NCBI GenBank assembly: GCA_963575745.1
Contig: CAUYUJ010000010.1
Location: 62,001 to 119,627 of the forward strand
From: Prorocentrum cordatum
Lineage: Eukaryota
Direction: 5' to 3'
DNA: 57,627 nucleotides
Below are positions 48,353 to 57,627 of the stretch, piece after piece. The translations under genes were made by a program, and so were the position numbers. Numbering within the stretch: position 1 is the stretch's first letter; each line of letters starts with the position of its first letter. Under the pieces are notes generated by a model. That model made no database searches and was not told the origin of the DNA. It was given only the letters and a program-made list of their open reading frames with translations.

Positions 48353-48376
48353 TCCGTAGCCATTTTGGCTCTCAAG
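48353..48376 (+). other. Dinoflagellate spliced-leader (DinoSL) relic
   Basis: TCCGTAGCCATTTTGGCT(CT)CAAG equals the canonical DCCGTAGCCATTTTGGCTCAAG plus a 2-nt CT insertion. It lies 60 nt upstream of the ATG. Confidence 0.93.
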
Positions 48377-48436
48377 GTTGTCAGCTAGTTGGCCTCGGTC
48401 TGTGCAGAGAAGCTCTCGCCGCCTTAGGCTCTGAGC

Positions 48437-48913
48437 ATGTCTAGCGCCCCGTACCGTGAGATGGGCGAGAGCGACAAGAGTGACCGTTGGGGGGACTTCG
48501 GGCGAGACTTCGGGGCCCTCGTACTGCGCGTCGTCGTCAGCCTGACGCTGGTGCACCACGGGCTTCAGAAGTTCCACAACCCTGAGGGCTTCTCCGCAGG
48601 GGTCGTGGCCAAGAGCTTCCCGTCGCTGCCCGGGACACCGCTCCTCTGGACGTACGCGGCGGCTGGTATGGAAATCGTGGCCCCAGTCCTCCTCGCCTGC
48701 GGCCTGTTTGCGAGGTTGGCGTCGTTCGGTCTCCTGGTAACCATGAGCTTTGCCAACGCCTTCCACTTCATGACCACGGGCATGGAGGGGTATCCTCTGG
48801 GTGTGCCTGCTGCCGGCGCGTACGCTTTTGAACCGTCCATGTTGTGCGGAGCCGTCTTCTTCTATTTCATGGTGGCGGGCCCTGGGAAGTGGTCGCTGAC
48901 TCCCAAATATTAG
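48437..48913 (+). CDS. DoxX-family membrane protein, intronless retrocopy (158 aa)
   Basis: Intact ATG..TAG. LVLRV...HHGLQKF...EIVAPVLLACGLFARLAS...TM..A..H...E...GPGKWSL is the DoxX/YphA-like 4-TM pattern. SL relic at 5', A6 at 49077-49082, TSD caagtgggcttc. Confidence 0.9.
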   Translation: MSSAPYREMGESDKSDRWGDFGRDFGALVLRVVVSLTLVHHGLQKFHNPEGFSAGVVAKSFPSLPGTPLLWTYAAAGMEIVAPVLLACGLFARLASFGLLVTMSFANAFHFMTTGMEGYPLGVPAAGAYAFEPSMLCGAVFFYFMVAGPGKWSLTPKY

Positions 48914-50224
48914 GCGGCTGGTCTTTTGCAGTGAGCGCTCCCTGGCTGGTCGTGTCGACGAGCCTGGCAGGCCTCAATTTTTCGTGCAGCCTTGGGCTGG
49001 ACTGCCGCCTTGGTTTGTTTCTGCGGCCCCACCAAGTCCTCACAGTGTGCGCGTGTTCATCCCGTCGCAGTTGGACAAAAAACAAGTGGGCTTCAAGACG
49101 GGTCAAGAGAGCCCCAAGAAACCCAAGAGAGGCCCCTGGCCCCTGAGGGTTCCAAAAGGTTCCCAAGAGAGCCCCAAGAAGGCCACAGGAGGTCCCCAAG
49201 AGGGCCCCGAGATGCCCCCAAGACGGCCCAAAGAGCCTTCAAAGGACCCCCTGAAAGGCACAGAAATGCAATACGCAGTGATCTTCGCACGGATGCTTGC
49301 TGGATTCTTGTATGTCGCACCAAAGCCGCACCAAAGCCTTGACACCAGCAGGGTTCCAAGACACTACGCCAGCGACATCGCGCCCTCACAAAACAGACGC
49401 GCTTTCCCTTTCTGGTTGGGCCGTCTTGGGACCCTCTTAGGCCGTTTGGGTGCCCTCTTGGGGGCTTCTTGGGGCGATCTTGGGGGCCACGTTGGCCTTT
49501 TTTGAGCGCTAGAAGCCCGAAACGGCGACAACGCTAAAATTTCGCTGTCTGCCTTTTGGAGCTCGGTTGGGCCGTCTTGTAGCTCTTTTGCTTTTGGGCG
49601 ACCCGGGGCCATCTTGGACCGTCTTGGGGGTCCCTTGAGGCCCTCTTGGCCCGTTTTGAGGCCCTGTCGGCTCCGAGAAAGTCGCGCGAGAATGCTGGAA
49701 ACGCCCCTGGAAATTCAATAAGTTTGGGACTGGGCCTTGTAATGCGAATTCGCCCAAGTCTGAGGACGGAAGGTTGAGGGAACATGAGGACATTCCAAGT
49801 CATGCCTCGCGGCGCACGATGTCGGATGAATTGTAGGAGCTTGAATGCCAACGAAGTCGCAGGCGAAAGCAAATGTTTGAAAAAGAGCCGCCGTCCGTCG
49901 GCGCAGTTGTTGGGTCTGTCATGTTTCGGCAGCATGGGCTTGAAGGAAGTCCACGCCGAGAGCTCGATCTTGAACAGGGTTCGCATTCATTAGTGTTCAG
50001 TGGTGGCAGTATTACGTGCAATGTCGATCCTTGTCCTTTGTCGTAAAGTTTGCATGGGCGGGGGGGAACAATTGAAAGCGACTTGCCTACCATCCGATGC
50101 GCAGCTGGAACTTTCAATTGTGACGGCCGCCAAAGTGAGGAAGTCGCGAACGAGGCTCCCAGACTGCCCATCTAACGCTCTTGGTGGTGCGACGGAAAGG
50201 ATGAGAGGTGGCCAGAGAGTAGTG

Positions 50225-50382
50225 TTCAGTCGGGCCTGTCCCTCTACCGAAGGAATCTGCAAACATAGTCTAAAAAATAGTATTGGGGCTGTTTTTGACT
50301 ATTTTTGCTATGTAGGGGACATGTTTAGAGTATTTTTATTTTTCGCTCAAAATCCCCATGTAGGGGGACACGCCCGACCTAT
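50225..50382. mobile_element. MITE family A, complete
   Basis: ttcagtcgggcctgtccctctac...gtagggggacacgcccgacctat. TSD gagtagtg / gagtagtt (7/8). Confidence 0.9.
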
Positions 50383-50445
50383 GAGTAGTTACCGCCACCA
50401 CTCATTCGCCCCTCCCTCCGCCCCTCGCCCCGTCCCCAATGTCCG

Positions 50446-50668
50446 CTCCCCTCGCCCCTGTCTCTCGCCTCTCTCCACCACACTCCCCACCTCCTCGCAG
50501 CCGCCCGACTGGGCGTCGCACTTCAGGACTGAGAAGCGACGCGCTGACTTGGGATCCACTCCCCTCGCCCCTGTCTCTCGCCCATCTCCGCCGCACTCCC
50601 CACCTCCTCGCAGCCCGCCGACTGGGCGTCGCATTCCAGGACTGAGAAGCGACGCGCTGACTTTGGAC
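50446..50668. repeat. Tandem duplication, ~112-bp unit x2
   Basis: ctcccctcgcccctgtctctcgcc...gactgggcgtcgca.t.caggactgagaagcgacgcgctgactt.gga occurs twice. Confidence 0.9.
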
Positions 50669-51616
50669 CAGCAGAGCAGAACGGCCGACAGACAACGACC
50701 GCGAGCGCCGAGCATGCCGTGTCCAGTGTCTGTGGTGACCCTACAGCGTCGGACGGCCTTCGCCTTCTGTGTGTCCATGCCCGCATTGTTGACGTGGCTT
50801 GACACGCGGCCTTCTTCCTCGGGAGACGGACTGTATACCCCACCACCACGTTCCCTCCCTCGCCAGCCAGGTGACGTCACCGTGGCAAATGATAGCAAAG
50901 GACGCGAGCGGCCACCCAAGTTCCACCCCGCGTTGCAGGCTGTGGACTGCGCAGGGCAAGTCGGCGGCCAAAGAAGAGCACCCAACTTGGTGGTTGGGCA
51001 GGCGAGGCCCCCACCACCACGCATCCACGGGCGCACTTCGGGCCAGCTCCTGGCGAGAGCGGCGCCCCCAGCCTACCCCAGGAGCCGACACGCGCAAGGG
51101 TCTAGCCCCCGACCCAATGCCGTGGAGGCTTGGTGGCGGTGTATACCCCCCCCTCCAGACTCAGGAAGAGTCGTGCGACACACCCCAGAAGCCACGCGAC
51201 CGGCTCCAAGATCGGGGGAATCCAAGAGGGGGGGTGAGGACCATGATATCTTGGTGCTCTAGCCTCAGCGCCGACCACATCCCTAAGTGGGTATTGTGCT
51301 GCCGCCACAATCACATGCTGGGACGCTTATGGTTTGCATCTTGGAGGGGTTGTCCGGAGATTTGTTTGATCCGATTTGCTCATTGAACATACGGTGGGGG
51401 CGTTGGTTAAGAAATGCGCCCAGGAGGCTGCAGACCCTGGATAATTCCTTATCTGATGAGGGCAGCGGTGACATCCATGGCCCAGCTTCGATGGGAATTT
51501 GTCTCATGAATTGTTGCATGCACGGGTTCGCCCTCGAAGCGTTAAAAAAAAATAATGCCCCAACCGCAGTAGGGGTTTGTGGATATCATGGTTGGGGCCA
51601 CCATCTTTCCCAGATT

Positions 51617-51794
51617 GTGAGGGCCTGACGGCCGGCGCCGCCGACCCTGAAAGACATCGACAACGACCAGGAGGGGGAGGATCAGGAGAAGGAGGAGGAG
51701 GAGGAGGAGGAGGAGGAGGAGGAGGAGGAGGAAGAGGCGAGGAGGAGGAGGAGAGGAAGGAGGATGCGGAGGAGGACTCCCTTCCGGGACCCCC
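51617..51794 (-). mobile_element. Hairpin-ended, (GAG)n-carrying element, copy 4
   Basis: GGCC-TGAC-GGCC-GGC-GCCGCCGACCCT at 51622-51648, then (GAG)n. Flanked by ccacc(a/g)tctttcccagatt at 51598-51616 and 51795-51813. Confidence 0.7.
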
Positions 51795-52510
51795 CCACCG
51801 TCTTTCCCAGATTTCGCGGCCCCCTCTTCCTCTTTCAATGCGTTCCGCGCACACGCTTCGGGCCACGGTGTGCGCACCTCCCCCCCCCCAGTCTTCTGGG
51901 CGCCCTCGCTGGTGGACCCGAAAGCAGGCACGCGGAGAGCCGGAGAAAACATCGGGGACTCCTCCTCCCTCCTCCCTCCCCCCTCCCCTCTCCCCCCTCC
52001 TCCCTCCTCCCTCCTCCCTCCTCCCTCTTCCCTCCTGCTCCTCCTCCTCCCCTCCCCTTTCCTCCTCCTCCTCCTCCTCTCCTCCTCCTCCTCCTCCTCG
52101 TCCTCCTCCTCCTCCTTCCTCCTCCTCCTCATCATCCTCCTCATCCTCATCCTCATCCTTCTCCTCATCCTCATCCTGCTCCTCCGCCTCTTCCTCCTCT
52201 CCTGCTCTCCTCCTCCTCCTCCTCCCCCTCCTCCTCCTCCTTCTCCTCCTCCTCCTCCTCGTCCTCCTCCTCCTCCTCCTCTCCCTCCTCCTCCTTCTCC
52301 TCCTCCTCCTCCTCATCATCATCATCCTCTCTTTCCTGCGGCGGCTTGCGGCCCCTAGCCGCTGCGGCCGCTCGCCGGCCGCCGCCGCCTCGGCGCAGCC
52401 GCCCGCTCGCGACGCCGCTGCGCCGGCCGGCATGTGTCCACCGCGCGCGCCGCCGCCGCGACGCGGTCCTCCTTGGGGCGCTTCGCGCCAGGAGAGCCGC
52501 CCCCCGTGAG

Positions 52511-52590
52511 GGTGTCGGAGTTCGTCCAGGCCTTCGGGGCTGGCGACGCCTGGGAGCACCTCGACCCGGAGCGGCGGACGCCGTCGGCCC
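52511..52590 (+). CDS. Candidate exon
   Basis: VSEFVQAFGAGDAWEHLDPER, a complex-sequence island between CTC tracts. Confidence 0.35.
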
Positions 52591-53101
52591 TCGGGGCTCT
52601 CCTCCTCCTGCTCCTCCTCCTCCTCCTCCTGCTCCTCATCATCCTCCTCCTGCTCCTCCTGCTCCCCCTCCTCCTCCTCCTCCTCCTCCTCCTCCTCCTC
52701 CTCCTCCTCCTCTCCTCTCTCCTCCTCCTCCTGTTCCTTCTCCTCCTCCATCTCCATCTCCATCTCCTCCTCCTGCTCCTCCTCCTCCTGCTCCTCCTCC
52801 TCCTCCTCCTCCTACCCCTCTCCTCCCGTGCCTCTCCCACCTCCTCGCTCTCCTCCTTCTCCTCCCCCTCCTCCTCCTCCTCCTCCTCCTCCTCCTCCTC
52901 CTCCTCCTCCTCCTCCTCGTTCTCCTCCTTCTCCTCCTCGAGTCAGTGCAAACGGGGCCAGTCAGAGCGCCAGATCTTGCAGGATCCTTTGGGGCCAGGG
53001 TCGCATTCACCCGGGTTCTGACGCAGGATCCTGCAAAGCCTGACTGGCCTGGGTTTGGATTGACCCAGGTCAGGAGATCCCCGAGGCCCCGGGAATGACA
53101 G

Positions 53102-53561
53102 GGCTTCGTGTAGCGCTCAGTCAGCCCCCCCAGGTAGTGCCAGCTGGCGTCAACAAGCACCCCGAGTAGCCGCAGCTGGCCTTAGCAAGCCCCTCCGAGT
53201 ACTCCGGGGCGGGCTCAACACCTGAACCCTGGGGCGCGGAGCGTCCCAGGGGCGCCGCTGGAGGCGGCGCCATGGTATTGAGATCGCCCCGGACTATTCG
53301 AGTGGCCTGATGAGGCCAGTTGGGACTCTTCGGCGGGGCGTGTTGGGGCCAGCTGGGACTACCTTTAAGTCGAGCATGTCCCTCCACAGGAGGAATGCTC
53401 AAAAATAGTGAAAAATAGATGGGGGCGATGTTTCTATCATGTTTTGAGTATGGTTGAGCATGTGTTGATTATGTTTGATTGTTTCTCCAAAAATCCGCCT
53501 GTAGGAGGACATGCCCGACCTAAGACTACCTGAGGGGGCTGTCTGTGCGCAGCCCGAAGCC
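53102..53561. mobile_element. TIR element (~47-bp TIRs) with MITE A inserted in its right TIR
   Basis: ggcttcgtgtagcgctcagtcagcccccccaggtagtgccagctggc (53102-53148) mirrors gccagctgggactacct|gagggggctgtctgtgcgcagcccgaagcc. Confidence 0.7.
53365..53523. mobile_element. MITE family A, complete
   Basis: ttaagtcgagcatgtccctccacagg...cctgtaggaggacatgcccgacctaa. Perfect TSD gactacct. Confidence 0.9.
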
Positions 53562-53579
53562 GTACCACCCAGGAGGCAG

Positions 53580-54070
53580 GCGATCGCAAACATGGATAAA
53601 GGGGGCGTGGATTAGCGACGGGTCCCGTTTCCATGGGAGATCGCGGATTTCCGCCGCCGATCGAGGCGGCACCGGCCGCTTTTTTGGGGGAGGGCACCTC
53701 CCCCGATCCATGCATTTGGCGGCCGCGCGCCAAACCCACGGATCGCTAATCCATGCTTGCGCGCCCCCGACAGGAGGAGGAGGGAAGTCCAGAGTAAACC
53801 CAAGATGCATCAACGATGCTGCAACACACCCTCCCGTCCCAAGTCTCCTCTTTTTAACATCTGTTTTTGATATACAAAAACTGCACGCTACAAGCCCTCC
53901 TTCCCACTGCCAGGAGCGCCCCTTTGAAAATACCAGCACCTCGCGGGCCTGCCACGCGGGCAGACAGCCCTGCGGGCCCCTCGGGACGGCCCAGCGAGGC
54001 CCCCCCAGGAGGCGACCGCGTGTCACATCCATTGGGCGCTAATCCATGCTTGCGCGCCCCCGACAGGAGG
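53580..54070. repeat. Long paralog of 47428-47855 (family D plus downstream module)
   Basis: Collinear match through ctaatccatgcttgcgcgcccccgacaggagg, gtccagagtaaacccaagatgcatcaacgatgctgcaacacaccctcccgtccc and gcgcccctttgaaaataccagcacctcg. Confidence 0.9.
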
Positions 54071-54508
54071 CGCAGGAGGCGGAGGAGGAGAAAGAGGAGA
54101 AGGAGGAGGAGGAGGAGGAGGAGGAGGAGGAAGAGGAGGAGGAGGAGGAGGAAGAGGAGGAGGAGGAGGAGGAGGCGGAGGGCGAAGAGCCAGCGGGCGA
54201 GGGCGAGGGGCGAAGAGCGCTGCGGCCCGCGGCGGCAGTGTCCGCGGGCGCGCCGATCCCCGGGGTGTCACAAAGTCCCCTGTGGGTTCAAGTCGGCCGT
54301 GTCTTTCTCCACAGCTGTGGAGGACGATGAATGGAGAGGAAGCATGTTGCCAAATAATTCCCAGATGTCTGGAACATGTGTTAAACATGCTCTCGCATGT
54401 AAACAACAGGTTTAACACGTGTGTGTAACGTGTGTCCTGCAGCTGGCACACGTTCTTTGAACTTCCATGACAGGACTGTTAGGGTGTCCATTGTCGTGGC
54501 ACCCACAA

Positions 54509-54650
54509 CTCTACAGGAGGAAAATTGAAAAATACCCAAAAGATAGTCCTGGGACAATTGTTTACTAGTTTTGACCATTTGGGATCGTTTGATGACTATC
54601 CTTCATTGTTTGCCCAAAATCCCCCATGTAGGAGGACACGCCCAACCTAA
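54509..54650. mobile_element. MITE family A, left-truncated
   Basis: ctctacaggagg, AT-rich core, then aaaatcccccatgtaggaggacacgcccaacctaa. Confidence 0.75.
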
Positions 54651-55541
54651 CCATTGATGGAACCCTGAGCAAGGGGTGGCGGAGATCCAGGCCGCTCACG
54701 TGGGGCGGCAGCAGATGGGGTCCAGGATTGCGCAGTGCATCGGCGATGCGGCGCGATCCTGTGCCGAATTCCTCCATCTTGGCGTCGCCGATGCATCGGC
54801 GATAAGTCGGCGATGCGATGCGATCCTCCGACCCCGTCCGCTCGGGCCCCTGTTGGGCGGCCGCCAGGGAGAGGCCACTGGGCCCAGCGCTGAAGAAAGC
54901 ATCCCTCTCAGAGTGCTGCCGACACGACAGGCCGGCGCCGCCCTCTGCTTTCTGAACCCGCACCGCGCAGGACAGGCGGCGTGTTTGCGCAGCACACGTG
55001 CCGCTCGAGCATGTGTGCAGGCCGAGCTGCTCCTTCATCATCGCGAGATCTATCCCATCCCGACTGGGCTGGGAAAGCCCTCCCTGGGGACAGACGCCCT
55101 CTCCATCGGGTTTCACGGCATCCATCCCCAGCCTCGACGGGGCAGGCTGGTGGTTCTGAGGAACCCTGGCCTGCTGGGGATTTGGATGGGTCCAAAGATG
55201 CTGACCCTCATACTGCCTCATCCCTCCTCTCTCCTCCTCCTCCGCACCCCGCTAGCCAGGACGTGTCGGGAATAGCTCGATTGAATTGCCCGAGGCATCA
55301 CGCCCAGAGCTCGCGACCAGGCCATCCTGATGATCGTCAACTCGCTTCGTGATCGGTCTTCTCTCATTTCATCGTAGCTTATCCTCTCTCCTCTTCGGCC
55401 CCCGCCCCGTCGCCCTCGGCCCCATGCCCGACCGCTCCAGGCTCCTGTGTTCTCTTTCTCGTTCTCTCTCTCTCTCTCTCTCACTCCCTGGGCATCGCGC
55501 CTGCGGGCACCACATGACTGGCGCACACGACGACGAGAAGC

Positions 55542-56180
55542 GACGATGATGACGATGATGATGATGATGTTGATGCTGATGTTGATGATGATGATGATGC
55601 TGATAACGATGATGATCACGACGATGATGATAATGATAAAGATGAGGATGAGGATGCGGATGAGGATGTTGATGCTGATGCTGATGGTGATGGTGATCGG
55701 GATGGTGGTGATGATGTTGTTGTTGATGATGATGGTGACTGTGATGATGACGGTGATGGTGGTGGTGATGGTGATGGTGTCGATGGTGACGATGATGATG
55801 ATCACGATGGTGAGCATGCTGATGATGCTGATGATGATTGTGACGAGGAGGCGGATGAGGAGGAGAAAGCGGGAGATGAGATCGAGGATGTATATGATGT
55901 CGTGATTACGGTGAGATGAAGATGATGGTGATGGTGATGATGGTGGGGATGAGAATGATGACGGTGGTGATGTTGATGCCGATGCCGATGCCGATGCCGA
56001 TGAGCGTTGGTGATGATGGTAGTGATGTTGATGTTGTTGATGGTGTTGATGATGATTGTGACCATGAAAAGGACGCGAATGAGTCGACCTACGCAACACT
56101 AATCAGCACATGGGGATGGGGCTGCTGATGATGAGGGTGATGAGGATGATCATTGTGGAGGTATGATGGTGATGCATACT

Positions 56181-56229
<49 letters not shown>

Positions 56230-56393
56230 CGATGCTTATGATGGTGATGACGATGATGATGCTGATGATGATGCTGATGATGATGCTGATGATGATGATT
56301 ATGATGATGATGAACATGATAATGATGCTGATGATGATGCTGGTGGTGATGGTGATGGTGACCGTAATTGTGATGGTGATGGTGATGGTGATG
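55542..56393. repeat. Compound (GAT)n microsatellite
   Basis: Directly visible. Confidence 0.95.
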
Positions 56394-57033
56394 GATTCCC
56401 AAATTGGAGCGTTTCGGTTTCAGCGACGTGTTCGTCTCGGGCGCCTCATTTTCAGTTCCGATGCTTCCACACAGTTGGGCACGAGGAGTGGGCACGAGTG
56501 GGGGATAGGAGGAGAGGAGGAGGAGGAAGAGGAGAAGGAGGAAGGACAGAGGAAGGGGCAGGGGGGGAGGAGCAGGAGGAGGAAGATGTGCAGGAGGATG
56601 ACCAGGAGGAACAAAACTGTTCCGCGTACCTCGCGATGTTACGTACGAGTCCTCGCTTGACAGACCCTGGAAGCATGACCAGTTGATGACGAACAGCGTC
56701 TTGAAACAGCCTGAGTTTAACATTTTCGAGCCCAGCTGAGCTCCGTGTCTGAAAATCCTGAGCGCGTCTCGGAGGTTTCTTGGCAGCGCTCTCTAGCAAA
56801 AAAAGTCCTCACCCTCCTCCTCAATCATTATCTGTGCTCCCGTCTCCCTCCTTCTCCTCCCTCCTCATTTCTCCCTCCTCCGTTCCCGCCTTTCTCCACT
56901 ATTTGTCCTTCTCTTTCTTTTTACCTAACAGCGAAGACTGATAGGTTTCTAGTGGTCTCAAAAGAGAGCAGCAGATGACTCCACAGGGGGGTCTGGGCGG
57001 GTGCCGGACAGGGTGCCGCAGAACTCATTTTAA

Positions 57034-57471
57034 GCCAACAGTCACACACTTCGTGCTCTTCGACTTCCCAGAACTCCATTCCCGGGCCACATTCCTGAAT
57101 GCCCGAGCCAGCTGTAGGCCACTTCGTGCTCTTTTCGATTTCCCTCCACGCCATTCCCGGGCCCGGGCCACATTCTGAATGCCCGGAGCCAACTGTAGGC
57201 CACTTCGTGCTCTTCGAGTTCCCAGAACTCCATTCCGGGGCCACATTTTGAATGCCCGGAGCCAACTGTAGGCCACTTCGTGCTCTTCGAGTTCCCAGAA
57301 CTCCATTCCCGGGCCACATTTTGGATGCCCGGAGCCAACTGTAGGCCACTTCGTGGTCTTCGAGTTTCCAGAACTCCATTCCCGGGCCAGATTTTGGATG
57401 CCCGTAGCCAACTGTAGGCAACTTCGTGCTCTTCGACTTCCCAGAATTCTCATTCCTGGGCCACACTTTCA
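57034..57471. repeat. Tandem repeat, 73-bp unit, ~6 copies
   Basis: gccaactgtaggccacttcgtgctcttcgagttcccagaactccattcccgggccacattttg(a/g)atgcccgga repeated. Confidence 0.95.
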
Positions 57472-57627
57472 GCAGGGGCAAGAGCACGACGAGGAGGAGG
57501 ACGAGCAAGACCAGGAGGACGAGGACGAGCAGGAGCAGGACGAGGAGCAGGAGGAGCAGGAGAAGAAGGACGAGCAGGAGGAGGAGGAGGACGAGCAGGA
57601 GGAGGAGGACGACCAGGAGGAGGAGGA

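Noticed and set aside
48418..48435. Second, older SL relic (gccgccttaggctctgag) in the DoxX 5'UTR
   Set aside because: Too many mismatches to distinguish from chance without the parent mRNA.
49780..49990. Minus-strand RT domain start (MLPKHDRPNNCADGR...SLAFKLL)
   Set aside because: Only a faint resemblance, with no downstream QxGF or YxDD motifs recognisable. Left uncalled.
53305..53364. Hammerhead ribozyme (CTGATGAG core; also at ~51453)
   Set aside because: No GAAA after a closed stem II and no stem I/III pairing found.

Overview
GC-rich eukaryotic DNA dominated by (GAG/CTC)n, (GAT)n and CA-rich microsatellites, minisatellites and nested transposon debris. Most long ORFs in the track are artefacts of these repeats. 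A near-perfect dinoflagellate spliced-leader relic at 48353-48376 points to a dinoflagellate genome (inference). Supported content: (1) a complete processed retrogene (SL relic + intronless DoxX-family CDS + 3'UTR + oligo-A + 12-bp target-site duplication); (2) exons of an ankyrin-repeat gene and scattered candidate exons of a probable membrane-protein gene, all on the + strand; (3) several decayed non-LTR retrotransposon fragments: two RNase H + Cys/His ends, two APE endonucleases (one preceded by a 2A-like GEAxNPG motif) and one 3' end encoding a C5-cytosine-methyltransferase-like domain; (4) several non-autonomous element families read directly from the DNA: a ~160-bp MITE with 8-bp nnnTAnnn TSDs (9 copies or partials), a TA-flanked CAGT-ended MITE (3 copies), long-TIR foldbacks, and an unclassified element with a fixed hairpin end that carries (GAG)n and has variable-length flanking duplications (4 copies). 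All protein calls are by-eye motif recognition; no database searches were run.
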